From Actinomycetes bacterium (GTDB lineage: Bacteria > Actinomycetota > Acidimicrobiia > Acidimicrobiales > Acidimicrobiaceae), in contig JAJZLS010000060.1 in assembly GCA_021803345.1 (NCBI GenBank), positions 48,270 through 112,269 of the forward strand: DNA of 64,000 nucleotides. Reading direction: 5' to 3'. Positions within the stretch are counted from its first letter, which is position 1; each line of letters starts with the position of its first letter. Positions 27,874 through 37,084 of the stretch are shown piece after piece. The translations under genes were made by a program, and so were the position numbers. Under the pieces are notes generated by a model that was not told the origin of the DNA, searched no databases, and saw nothing but the letters and a program-made list of their open reading frames with translations.

Positions 27874-28632
27874 CTAGACCTTTGAGATCAGCTTGAATAC
27901 CTCAGACAGCTGGTTGGCGGGGGCTAGCTGATTTGATGTCATTCGATCCCTAAGCCTTTGTTCGAATGCTGCCATTTGTGATGGGTCGTCGAGTTCGCTG
28001 ACTCCCATGGTGGTTTCGTACTGGCTGGCGTGACATTTAAGAGCAGCTAATTTTGCTGAAAATACCTCTTCAAGAATGGTTTCCACATGATCTGGTTCGT
28101 CGGCTTCCCACAGCAGTATTTTGGATGGTCTGTGGGGCTGACCCAATTCAGGGAAGAACAGAGGGTCTCTAGCTGCCACAACTCCATCTGTGGCTAAAAA
28201 CCCTGCATTGCGATGGTCAGGGTGCAGCCTGTATCTTTTCCACGGATCATGGGCAAGGAGTATTTCCGGCCTGGTTTCACGGATGGCCTTTACCACCTGG
28301 GCTCTCTGGGTCATCCCTGATTCCAGTTCGCCATCGGTCCATCCAAGGAAGATTACCGGCGAAGTGCCCCCTAGAGTTTTTGCCGCTTCGGTTTGTTCAA
28401 TTTGTCTCCGAGCTGCGAGTGCATTGCCGTCAACGTGCGGGTCCCATGTTCCTTTAGACCCATCAGTGCACACCAAGTGGAAAATTTGACAACCTTGTGC
28501 CGCCCATTTGGCTAAAGTTCCCCCGCATCCAAATTCTATGTCATCCGGATGTGCTCCAATTGCCAGAGCCCGCTTGGGAACAGAAAGATCTGAAGAAACT
28601 TGATTTAAATCTGTTGCCAGATAGGTTGACAT
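27874..28632 (-). CDS. PIG-L/LmbE-family N-acetylglucosaminyl deacetylase
   Basis: ORF trimmed to the ATG at 28632 (AAGGAG 6 nt upstream). The motif AIGAHPDDIEFGCGGTLAK is characteristic. Confidence 0.85.
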   Translation of the reverse strand: MSTYLATDLNQVSSDLSVPKRALAIGAHPDDIEFGCGGTLAKWAAQGCQIFHLVCTDGSKGTWDPHVDGNALAARRQIEQTEAAKTLGGTSPVIFLGWTDGELESGMTQRAQVVKAIRETRPEILLAHDPWKRYRLHPDHRNAGFLATDGVVAARDPLFFPELGQPHRPSKILLWEADEPDHVETILEEVFSAKLAALKCHASQYETTMGVSELDDPSQMAAFEQRLRDRMTSNQLAPANQLSEVFKLISKV

Positions 28633-28701
28633 TTCGATCTCCTTGACGTGGTTGTACGGCACACGAGTTTCTAGACTAGTTCGGCCTAAGACCTTCTTTA
28701 T

Positions 28702-29379
28702 CTACTCACTTAGTCGATTTGATTTATGCTCATCATCAACAGCAACAGATTTTCTGTTCCAGTTCAATTTGGAGGTGATCTGATCAAGGTCTTCGGGCAT
28801 GTCTATGTCGATCATCAAACTCGGATCCTCGACCAGTGAAACTTGCAGGTTGTTGAGACGTGCTTGTTGGATGTGTTTTTCCAGTGAACCAAATCCGTAG
28901 GAAAAGATGAACTTGGTCCCAGTTGGGATCGATAGCACGTTGGTTCCACTTCTATGTCGGTCCGGCACGATGACGGCAGAGAGATCCTGCTTTAGGCATG
29001 TAAGGTCTCTAGCTAGCGGCAAGTCGCCGTGAGCCACAGTAAGGTGGGAAATTCCAAATTCGAAAGAGGCCTTGTAGAGGTTGTTTATAATTTGGTTCAA
29101 GGTGCTGCCTGGATCGGGGAGACAAAATTTTCCTCTTTCTAGGGCAAACGACTGTACCTGAGGATCTGAACTGATCACAATGGTTGGGATGTCACCTGTA
29201 GCGCCGATAACTGAGTTGGCGCAATACTGCATAAGTTCTGACCGCTGTTGTTGACTTAGGACTGATGAAAGTCGGGATTTTCCACTTGAGAAAGATCTGA
29301 TCGGAATAATAATTATGTGCTGGTTGGAAAATCTTTTCAGATCGGCTTCGTTTATTATCATTGTTTTTAGTGTAGGCAT
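28702..29379 (-). CDS. cofC: 2-phospho-L-lactate (phosphoenolpyruvate) guanylyltransferase CofC/FbiD, F420 biosynthesis
   Basis: The pattern IIIIPIRSFSSGKSRLS...VAHGDLPL...VPDRHRSGTNVL...FGFGSLEKH...DIDMPEDL matches the CofC family. The start is ambiguous (ATGs at 29361, 29379, 29397 and 29439). Confidence 0.75.
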   Translation of the reverse strand: MPTLKTMIINEADLKRFSNQHIIIIPIRSFSSGKSRLSSVLSQQQRSELMQYCANSVIGATGDIPTIVISSDPQVQSFALERGKFCLPDPGSTLNQIINNLYKASFEFGISHLTVAHGDLPLARDLTCLKQDLSAVIVPDRHRSGTNVLSIPTGTKFIFSYGFGSLEKHIQQARLNNLQVSLVEDPSLMIDIDMPEDLDQITSKLNWNRKSVAVDDEHKSNRLSE

Positions 29380-29420
29380 GAAAGAATGTTTCAGCATGTA
29401 TTTGATGGAGGGGGAACACT

Positions 29421-30521
29421 TTGGAAGTAGATAAGACATCGGACCAGATTCTTTCGATGATCCCTCTTCGACTCCTGGAAATGCTTAGAGAACGAGGGGT
29501 CTCTGACGAGGAGATATTGTCTGCACTTGCTGAGGATTCTCTTCATCTTCTGGCCGTTGATCAAATGCTGGGGCCTCCGAGAAGCCGGATGGATATTCTT
29601 GAGCTTTCTAAGGAAACCGGCATTGACAAACAGGTAATACGGCGCTTATGGAGAGCGCTTGGATTTACCGACGTTTCAGATGGTGAAAAAGTTTTTACTC
29701 CGCTCGACGTGGAGGCGATCCTGTCTCTCAGGGGTCTAGTGCGGAGCGGGACTGCAGATGTCGATATTGCAATTCAACTCGCCAGAGTCATTGGTTCATC
29801 GATGGCACGAATTGCTGAGGCTGAGATCGTTGCTTCAAATGGCCTGAAGGCGATAGAGGGCGACTCGGAAGATTTGTCAACGGTCGACCTGGCCGACAGA
29901 TTTGCCAGGTACTCTGCAGCAACACTGCCTGCGTTACCACAACTATTGATATACGCCTGGATTCGCCACCTTCACGCGGCCGGCAGGCGTGCTATGGTTG
30001 CGCTCGATAAAGGAGCGCCCAATGTCTCAGAACTTGTTTTGGCGGTTGGGTTTGTTGACCTGGTTGGTTTTACTATTCTTTCCCAGCAATTGACCACCCA
30101 GGAGCTGGGGGCAGTGGTGTCACGGTTTGAAGAACTCTCATCTGATGCGGTGACAAAATATGGTGGGCGGGTGGTGAAGATGATTGGTGACGAGGTTATG
30201 TATGTTGCCGAGGATGCTTATGCCGCAGTTCAGGTTGGAGTGATTCTCAAAGAAGAATATTCAAAAGAAAAGCTTCTCTCCGAGGTTCGGGCGGGGGTTG
30301 CCTATGGTCCGGTGTTAGCCAGGGAGGGTGATTACTATGGACCGACAGTCAATCTTGCCTCTCGAATTGTAAACATCGCCAATCCGGGGTCGATACTGGT
30401 TTCCGACGGTGTCCATCAACATCTTCCCCCGGACGAAAATTTACACCTTGTACCGCTTCGACCCCGATACCTGAAAGATCTTGGATCTGTGCAGCTTTGG
30501 GTGGTCAACCCCAGTGACTGA
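29421..30521 (+). CDS. Class III adenylate/guanylate cyclase with an N-terminal regulatory domain (Rv2212-like)
   Basis: 366 aa. The C-terminal cyclase core reads AVGFVDLVGFT...VKMIGDEVMYV...GDYYGPTVNLASR. The start may be the ATG at 29457. Confidence 0.85.
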   Translation: MEVDKTSDQILSMIPLRLLEMLRERGVSDEEILSALAEDSLHLLAVDQMLGPPRSRMDILELSKETGIDKQVIRRLWRALGFTDVSDGEKVFTPLDVEAILSLRGLVRSGTADVDIAIQLARVIGSSMARIAEAEIVASNGLKAIEGDSEDLSTVDLADRFARYSAATLPALPQLLIYAWIRHLHAAGRRAMVALDKGAPNVSELVLAVGFVDLVGFTILSQQLTTQELGAVVSRFEELSSDAVTKYGGRVVKMIGDEVMYVAEDAYAAVQVGVILKEEYSKEKLLSEVRAGVAYGPVLAREGDYYGPTVNLASRIVNIANPGSILVSDGVHQHLPPDENLHLVPLRPRYLKDLGSVQLWVVNPSD

Positions 30522-30524
30522 GTT

Positions 30525-31310
30525 TTGCTCCCCGGCGATGAATTTTTATTTGCGCGAGCTCAGGGTTCGCTAGTGAGAAATTCTCCGCTTTCTCAAGGAT
30601 TGGAGATTGAAAGCCAGATCGATCCAACCAAACACAGATACGTGATAGGTGTGGATGAGGTTGGCAGAGGATCATGGGCCGGTCCGCTGTGCGTAGGTGC
30701 AGTAGTGGTTGAAGTGGATGCCTTGCTCAGTCGAGCTAAGACCATATGGGAGAAAGAGGCGAATGGCGAAGCCCCGCTTACGCCCCTGGAAGAGTCGATG
30801 ATGAAGATAACTGACTCCAAGCTTCTTCCCTCCCACGTTCGCAGCTCGTTGATTAACCACATCGAGACCGTGGCATCGGAATTTGGCTTGGGATATGTGC
30901 AGGCCTGGGAGATTGATGGACTTGGCATGACCCAGGCGCTTGCACTTGGGGCCCAACGGGCGATGGAGAACATGGACAAATATCTGGACAGCGCGATAAT
31001 TTTGCTAGACGGTAATACTGACTTTATTGGGGGAGGAGAAGTCCGAACGCTGCTAAAAGGGGATCGAAGAAGTTTTGCTATTGCAAGTGCGTCTATATAT
31101 GCCAAAGTCAAGCGTGACGATCAGATGATCCTATATTCAGATTGTTATCCCTGGTACAGGTTTGAAAGCAATAAGGGCTATCCCTCTGGTGCACATGTTT
31201 GCGCCATAAATGCTATGGGGTTGTCGAATCTTCACCGAAAGTCCTGGTCGTATGTAAACAAGCTTCCCTGGTCCAATTTACATAGCTCGTTCAGCGCTAT
31301 GAGTATCTAG
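30525..31310 (+). CDS. rnhB: Ribonuclease HII
   Basis: It has the motifs VIGVDEVGRGSWAGPL, DSKLL and SIYAKV. The start is uncertain (TTG 30525 or GTG 30573). Confidence 0.9.
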   Translation: MLPGDEFLFARAQGSLVRNSPLSQGLEIESQIDPTKHRYVIGVDEVGRGSWAGPLCVGAVVVEVDALLSRAKTIWEKEANGEAPLTPLEESMMKITDSKLLPSHVRSSLINHIETVASEFGLGYVQAWEIDGLGMTQALALGAQRAMENMDKYLDSAIILLDGNTDFIGGGEVRTLLKGDRRSFAIASASIYAKVKRDDQMILYSDCYPWYRFESNKGYPSGAHVCAINAMGLSNLHRKSWSYVNKLPWSNLHSSFSAMSI

Positions 31311-31501
31311 GGATGGTGATGACAGCGAAAGCCCAATGGGTTGTCAATACTGGAAGAAAGCTTCTGCCTGGCCTATCGTATTTAGTTGTGTCGCAGCTAT
31401 AGGGTATCTTGTTATTGAGCCTTTAGATTTTTGCTAGCCGTCGGTAACTAGCGGCCTGGTGGCTTGATGCAGCCGGAAGTTAAAAGAAAGACTGAAAGCG
31501 A

Positions 31502-32071
31502 ATGAATTCTGAACCCAGCAAAGAACAGAAGGTACTGGATCGCAGGAAGGCCATACTTTGGAGCCGAAGGCTGCTCGATGATTTGGACAGCTGGTGCATA
31601 ATTGACACTGAAACGACAGGGCTTAATCCGAAAATCTCACGGGTGGTTGAGATTACCGTGCTTGGGGGAAATGGTGAAGTTCGATTTGGCACGTATGTCA
31701 ATCCGGGGTGCGAAATACCGTCTGAAGCCTCACGAATCCATGGGATAACAAAAGAGAAATTGATCGATGCTCCCTTGATAGCTGACGTTTGGACGGACCT
31801 GATGGACGTTACTAAGGGGAAGCTGCTGATAGCATACAATAGTGCCTACGACCGGGCGATCCTGGATAATGAAGCGATTCGAAATGGATTGCAAATTATC
31901 TCGGAGCGCTGGGAGTGTGCAATGATTCAGTACTCATCCTATGTGGGTTCATGGAATTCCAGATTTGGGAATTATACTTACCAGAAGCTCCCATCAGCTG
32001 GTCATCGATCGTATTTGGACTGTAAAGTCACCCTGGATTTGATTAGATCAATGGCCGATTCCGAAATATGA
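31502..32071 (+). CDS. DEDDh 3'-5' exonuclease (DnaQ/epsilon-like), stand-alone
   Basis: 189 aa with Exo I IIDTETTGL, Exo II AYNSAYD and Exo III H....D near the C-terminus (AGHRSYLDCKV). Confidence 0.85.
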   Translation: MNSEPSKEQKVLDRRKAILWSRRLLDDLDSWCIIDTETTGLNPKISRVVEITVLGGNGEVRFGTYVNPGCEIPSEASRIHGITKEKLIDAPLIADVWTDLMDVTKGKLLIAYNSAYDRAILDNEAIRNGLQIISERWECAMIQYSSYVGSWNSRFGNYTYQKLPSAGHRSYLDCKVTLDLIRSMADSEI

Positions 32072-32222
32072 TTAAATCCAGTTGAATTCGAAGTTCGAAT
32101 CGGCTGATCTGATTTACCACAATATTTTAAATTGCTGTTAGTGTGAACATGTTACAAATAACAAAAGTTCTTGCTATGCAATGATTATGTTCAGGTGTTT
32201 TCTTCGCTGAACGACCTGGGAG

Positions 32223-33626
32223 GTGAGTCCGACGTCTGACTTTTTTGACGTCGTTGTAATTGGTGGTGGTCCTGGTGGATATGCAGCCGGATTATATGGC
32301 GCATCTGCGGGACTGTCTGTGGCCGTAATTGAAAAGGACAAAGTTGGAGGTACTTGCCTTCACCGTGGTTGTGTTCCTGCGAAAGAGTTTCTAGAGACCG
32401 CAGCAGTTTATCGGTCCGTTAATGGTGCTGCTGAATTTGGTATTTCAACCTCTGAGCCAAAGATCGATTTCTCCGTTTCTCAAAATCGTAAGCAGAAAGT
32501 TGTAGACCAGCTCTGGAAAGGACTTTCCGGTTTGATGAAGAGCAGGAAGATTGAAACAATCGAGGGAACCGGTAAATACCTTGGCAATGGAAGGGTCCAA
32601 ATATCCGACGGTCGTATCATCGAGGGCGAGAGTATAATTCTAGCCTCGGGATCGGTTCCTAGGTCGATACCAGGCTTTGAGGTCGACGGAAAGATAGTTA
32701 TGACCTCCGATGAGGTTCTTTCATTAACTTCGCTTCCTTCGAGTGTTGTAGTCATCGGTGGAGGTGCAATCGGGTGCGAATTTGCATCAATGATGAGTGA
32801 TCTTGAGGCACAGGTAACCGTGCTTGAAGCACTACCGCAGATTTTGCCAGGAGTTGATAAAGACGTTGTCGATGTGGTGGCAAAATCTTTTCGCCGGCGT
32901 GGAATTGCTGTGCATACAGGAGTCGCGGTTTCTGGACATACTCCAAATCCTGGTGGTGGAACCACCGTTCATTTCGGCGATAACCAATCTGTCTCTGTAG
33001 ATGCTGTGATTGTATCGGTTGGTCGTAGACCAAATTCCGATGGGTTACTTGGTGAAGAGACGTTTGTGGAAGTTGACCAGCGTGGTTTTGTAAAGGTTGA
33101 TCCATACATGAGGACTTCCGAGCAAGGGGTATATGCAATAGGTGACCTTGTTGCTACGGCGCAGTTGGCCCACATTGGCTTTGCGGAAGCGATTGTCGCC
33201 ATCAAGCATATCCTTTCGGAACCAGTGGTTCCCGTTGACTACTCCAAGGTGCCTTGGTGTATTTACTGTCACCCTGAGGTTGCTTTTGCCGGATTCACTG
33301 AAGAGGCTGCCAGGGCGGCTGGCTATGACGTAATTGTCAAAAAGGATCCATTTGGTGGTAACTCCAGAGCACGAATAGTGGGAGAGACCGACGGAGTCGT
33401 AAAGGTGATCGCAGAGAAGATGCCTGATGGCAGCGCAGGGAAAATCCTTGGAGTCCATATGGCTGGTCCTTGGGTTACAGAGCAGCTTGGTCAGGGATAT
33501 TTAGCAGTTAACTGGGAAGCTACACCGGACGAGGTTTCCCAATTTATTCAACCTCACCCAACCCTCTCAGAGGCATTTGGTGAGACAGTTCTAGCATTGA
33601 CAGGAAGGGGACTTCACGTTGGCTGA
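32223..33626 (+). CDS. lpd: Dihydrolipoyl dehydrogenase (E3)
   Basis: 467 aa with a GTG start. Motifs are FAD-binding VVIGGGPGGY, the redox disulfide GGTCLHRGCVPAK, NAD-binding VVIGGGAIGCEF, and a C-terminal HPTLSE. Confidence 0.95.
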   Translation: MSPTSDFFDVVVIGGGPGGYAAGLYGASAGLSVAVIEKDKVGGTCLHRGCVPAKEFLETAAVYRSVNGAAEFGISTSEPKIDFSVSQNRKQKVVDQLWKGLSGLMKSRKIETIEGTGKYLGNGRVQISDGRIIEGESIILASGSVPRSIPGFEVDGKIVMTSDEVLSLTSLPSSVVVIGGGAIGCEFASMMSDLEAQVTVLEALPQILPGVDKDVVDVVAKSFRRRGIAVHTGVAVSGHTPNPGGGTTVHFGDNQSVSVDAVIVSVGRRPNSDGLLGEETFVEVDQRGFVKVDPYMRTSEQGVYAIGDLVATAQLAHIGFAEAIVAIKHILSEPVVPVDYSKVPWCIYCHPEVAFAGFTEEAARAAGYDVIVKKDPFGGNSRARIVGETDGVVKVIAEKMPDGSAGKILGVHMAGPWVTEQLGQGYLAVNWEATPDEVSQFIQPHPTLSEAFGETVLALTGRGLHVG

Positions 33627-35088
33627 AATAACTATGCCACAACTTGGTGAAACAGTTACCGAAGGTACGGTCACTAAATGGCTTAAGAACGTTGGAGACA
33701 GCGTTGCACAGGATGAGATAATTTTTGAGGTTTCAACCGATAAGGTTGACTCGGAAGTACCGTCGTCGGCGGCAGGGGTATTGACTCAGATTCTTGTGCA
33801 AGAGGGTGAGACGGTAGACGTTGGGACGGTACTAGCGATCGTTTCGGCTGAGGGTGAGCCTCCAGCGCCACAGCCTCAGGCAGCTCCAGCGCCACAGCCT
33901 CAGGCAGCTCCAGCGCCACAGCCTCAGGCAGCTCCAGCGCCACAGCCTCAGGCAGCTCCAGCGCCACAGCCTCAGGCAGCTCCAGCGCCACAGCCTCAGG
34001 CAGCTCCTGCTACTGCTGGAGTATCCTCAAGCCCAGAGGGAAATGGCTCTCTGCTCCTTTCCCCAGTTGTCAGGAAATTGATAAATGACAATGGTATCGA
34101 TCCTTCCCAGATTGTGGGTACGGGAGCAGGCGGTCGTATCACCAGGTCAGACGTGCTTCAATATTTGGACAAATTAGCTGCAAATGGTGAACCACAGCCT
34201 CAAGCTGCACCGGCTCCCGCTCCAGCTCCACAACCGGCTCCTGCTCCAGCGCCACAGCCTCAGGCAGCTCCTGCTCCACAGCCTCAAGCTGCACCGGCTG
34301 TTTCAATGGAATACCAGGAAAGGGCTCAAGCACCTGCGACTCGTAGCGTTGCTGTCGAAACCAGTGTGGCCGGTCCTCGTGATGAAGTGGTTCCATTTAC
34401 AAATATAAGACGCAGGACAGCCGAGCATATGGTTCGCTCCAAGGCCACTTCCGCTCATTCTCTTGTAGCTATCGAGGTTGATTTTGAACCTGTAGAGCGG
34501 GTGCGAAAGGCAATTAAAGACCAGTTTAGAGGTGAAGAGGGATTTTCCCTTACTTACCTTCCGTTTATTGCCAGGGCAACCGTTGAAGCAATGCGGACTT
34601 TCCCTCATCTGAACGCTTCAGTAGGTGATGATGCTTTAATTGTTCACAAGGATCTCAACTTGTCGATTGCCGTAGATTTAGGTTTGGAGGGTTTGATCGC
34701 TCCGGTAATCCATGGTGCTGATACCATGCGGCTCACGGGACTTGCAAGGTCGATTAAAGACTTGGCCGAGAGGGCGAGAACTAAAAGACTGAGCGCCGAT
34801 GATATTTCAGGCGGAACATTCACAATCACTAACCCGGGCCCATTCGGGACGTTTATGACTGTTCCTATCATCAATCAGCCCCAAGTTGCTATCTTGTCTA
34901 CTGACGGGATTAAGCGTAAGCCGGTTGTGGTAACCCATACCGATGGCTCTGAGTCGATTGCTATTCACTCTGTAGGAATGTTGGCTTTGTCCTTCGACCA
35001 CCGAGTTATCGATGGCGCATATGCCGCTGCATTCCTGAGGAGAATGAAAGAGATAATTGAAACCTGGAACTGGGCTCAAGAGCTCTAA
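33619..35088 (+). CDS. sucB: Dihydrolipoamide acyl(succinyl)transferase E2 (one lipoyl domain, PSBD, catalytic domain)
   Basis: It has a lipoyl domain (EVSTDKV), a PSBD (SPVVRKLINDNGIDPSQIVGTGAGGRITRSDV) and a catalytic domain (SFDHRVIDGA). The TTG start at 33619 overlaps the end of lpd. An ATG at 33634 is an alternative start. Confidence 0.95.
   Translation: MAEITMPQLGETVTEGTVTKWLKNVGDSVAQDEIIFEVSTDKVDSEVPSSAAGVLTQILVQEGETVDVGTVLAIVSAEGEPPAPQPQAAPAPQPQAAPAPQPQAAPAPQPQAAPAPQPQAAPAPQPQAAPATAGVSSSPEGNGSLLLSPVVRKLINDNGIDPSQIVGTGAGGRITRSDVLQYLDKLAANGEPQPQAAPAPAPAPQPAPAPAPQPQAAPAPQPQAAPAVSMEYQERAQAPATRSVAVETSVAGPRDEVVPFTNIRRRTAEHMVRSKATSAHSLVAIEVDFEPVERVRKAIKDQFRGEEGFSLTYLPFIARATVEAMRTFPHLNASVGDDALIVHKDLNLSIAVDLGLEGLIAPVIHGADTMRLTGLARSIKDLAERARTKRLSADDISGGTFTITNPGPFGTFMTVPIINQPQVAILSTDGIKRKPVVVTHTDGSESIAIHSVGMLALSFDHRVIDGAYAAAFLRRMKEIIETWNWAQEL
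33862..34005 (+). repeat. Six perfect tandem copies of the 24-bp unit CCAGCGCCACAGCCTCAGGCAGCT inside the E2 linker
   Basis: Counted directly in the sequence. The repeat is in frame and encodes (PAPQPQAA)x6. A second, imperfect PA/PQ-rich linker lies at about 34186-34300. Confidence 0.95.
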
Positions 35089-35184
35089 TCCAGAACTATG
35101 TTGGCGGGCCTAAAAACCCGCCAACTGTTAAATTTCGTAATTTGCAGTTACCCGAAAAGGGAACCGCTGATAGCGGGAGGCGAG

Positions 35185-36858
35185 ATGCTCCACACTAGAT
35201 GGCTCGGTAGAGTGCGCTACAGCGACGCTCAAGTACTTCAAAAAGCCCTTTTTTCAAACACCGCTGAAGAATATTTTCTCCTGCTCGAACATGACAATGT
35301 CTATACACTTGGTGTGAGAACTGATTTGAACAACATCCTGGTAGATCCAGCCAGCGTTGGTGCAGAGATGATCAGAGCCGACCGAGGAGGTGACGTCACC
35401 TTTCATGGGCCGGGGCAACTCGTTGGCTATCCGATACTGAATGTACCGGATGAGCCAGACAGGACACCAAAGTTTGTATTTCGTCTAGAGCAGTTGATAA
35501 TTGATGTTTTAGTTGAGCTTGGACTGACAAACGTAGGACGCCTGCAGGGATACCCTGGTGTGTGGGTCGATCCGATTGGCGAAAATCCTCGCAAGATTTG
35601 CGCGATTGGTGTCAAAATCAGCCGCAACAGATCTATGCACGGCTTTGCGCTTAATGTTAGGACAGACCTGTCGATGTTTGGTCACATTATCCCTTGCGGC
35701 ATAGCTGATAAGCCTGTAACGTCGCTGCTGAATGAGGGTATCGATGTATCGATGCAAGAGGTGGTGGATCTGTTTGTCAAGGCCGGGGCGAATGTTTTTT
35801 CCGATGGTCAATATTCCCACCAGGGCGTTGGGTTTATCCGCCAGGGTGAAGTAGCCGGTCAGTCGAAACAGAGTTTGGAAAAAAGTGAAACAAAAAAGGC
35901 TGAACCAGCTGTTTTAAGTACCAAGGTAAATATATCCAAGAGGATGTCCAGGGCTGGAATGGCAATTCAGGACTCCGTTTCTATCTCTACTCGTAAGCCT
36001 GATTGGTTGCGTGCCAAAGCCAAGATGGGTCCAGAGTACAGAGAACTTAAGGTAACAATGCGAAAGTTCTCACTTGTGACCGTTTGTGAAGAGGCTGGTT
36101 GTCCCAATATCTACGAGTGCTGGGCCGATGGCACAGCCACATTTATGATCAATGGGGAAGACTGTACCCGTGCCTGTGCATTTTGTCAGGTGAAAACCAA
36201 CCATCCATTGGCTTTGGATCCGGAAGAACCAAGCAGAGTTGCTAATGCAGTCAAGGAGATGAATCTTCAGTTCGCGGTGGTAACTGCTGTGGCAAGAGAT
36301 GATTTGCATGACGGTGGGGCTGGGGCATTTGCTGCCACCATAGATGAGATTCGGGCAGTTTCACCTGGGACTAGGGTGGAGGTTCTAATCTCTGACTGCA
36401 AAGGTGACCCAGAGTCGCTGGCATTAGTTTTCAATGCGCGACCGGATGTGCTTAATCACAATCTTGAGACTGTAGCCAGGCTCCAATATGTTGTTAGGCC
36501 GTCAGCTTCATATGCGAGATCTTTGGGGGTACTGGCTCGAGCCAAACAGGAGGGTCTGGTTACCAAATCGTCATTAATCGTTGGAATGGGCGAGACATAC
36601 GATGAGCTGGTAGAGGCATTGCGGGATCTTGCCAGCGTGGGCTGCGACATTGTCACAATTGGCCAATATCTGCGTCCTACCATTCATCATCTCCCAGTTG
36701 CCAGGTGGGTGGAACCCGATGAATTCCTGAGCCTAGCAGAGGTTGGCGAGTCTTGCGGGATAGGCCATGTAGAGGCTTCTCCAATGACTCGTTCGTCATA
36801 TCACGCAAAGTCTTCTTATGGTTCACTTTCAGAGAGAAGTTCGCTGATTACTACCTAA
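35185..36858 (+). CDS. lipB-lipA: Fused octanoyltransferase LipB - lipoyl synthase LipA
   Basis: This is a single uninterrupted ORF (35098..36858). The ATG at 35185 is preceded by GGGAGG. The LipB part has RADRGGDVTFHGPGQLVGYP, KICAIGVK and GFALNV. The LipA part has KPDWLRAK, CEEAGCPNIYECW and the radical-SAM motif CTRACAFCQV. Confidence 0.9.
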   Translation: MLHTRWLGRVRYSDAQVLQKALFSNTAEEYFLLLEHDNVYTLGVRTDLNNILVDPASVGAEMIRADRGGDVTFHGPGQLVGYPILNVPDEPDRTPKFVFRLEQLIIDVLVELGLTNVGRLQGYPGVWVDPIGENPRKICAIGVKISRNRSMHGFALNVRTDLSMFGHIIPCGIADKPVTSLLNEGIDVSMQEVVDLFVKAGANVFSDGQYSHQGVGFIRQGEVAGQSKQSLEKSETKKAEPAVLSTKVNISKRMSRAGMAIQDSVSISTRKPDWLRAKAKMGPEYRELKVTMRKFSLVTVCEEAGCPNIYECWADGTATFMINGEDCTRACAFCQVKTNHPLALDPEEPSRVANAVKEMNLQFAVVTAVARDDLHDGGAGAFAATIDEIRAVSPGTRVEVLISDCKGDPESLALVFNARPDVLNHNLETVARLQYVVRPSASYARSLGVLARAKQEGLVTKSSLIVGMGETYDELVEALRDLASVGCDIVTIGQYLRPTIHHLPVARWVEPDEFLSLAEVGESCGIGHVEASPMTRSSYHAKSSYGSLSERSSLITT

Positions 36859-36921
36859 GCGTTGGCTGTCGCTAAAGCGAATGCAGGCTCATCACGCTCT
36901 GTAGGCACCCGGGCACAAAGT

Positions 36922-36966
36922 TTATTCTACAGATGGTTTTATAACTGCTTACGTGCTGTAGAATAA
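36922..36966. promoter_or_regulatory. 11-bp perfect inverted repeat TTATTCTACAG-N23-CTGTAGAATAA upstream of the aldehyde dehydrogenase gene
   Basis: Read directly. The arms are at 36922-36932 and 36956-36966. Function is inferred only. Confidence 0.3.
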
Positions 36967-37084
36967 TGCGTTATTGAGCCGAGGGTCAGCCGAAAGATTT
37001 TCCTTCAGCCTACTTAGCGTGCGAAATAATAAAGTCCAGGTATGGCTTGCATATACTTGGCATTTGAAATGGATCGGTGAATGA

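Noticed and set aside
32080-32105. A T-loop-like GTTCGAATC string suggesting a tRNA downstream of the exonuclease gene.
   Set aside because: The upstream 60-70 nt lie inside the exonuclease coding sequence and cannot form acceptor, D or anticodon arms. It is just a short palindrome (ATTCG-aagtt-CGAAT).
33862-34300. Regularly spaced repeats that could be mistaken for a CRISPR array.
   Set aside because: The units are contiguous with no spacers. They are in frame inside the E2 gene and encode the Pro/Ala/Gln linker.
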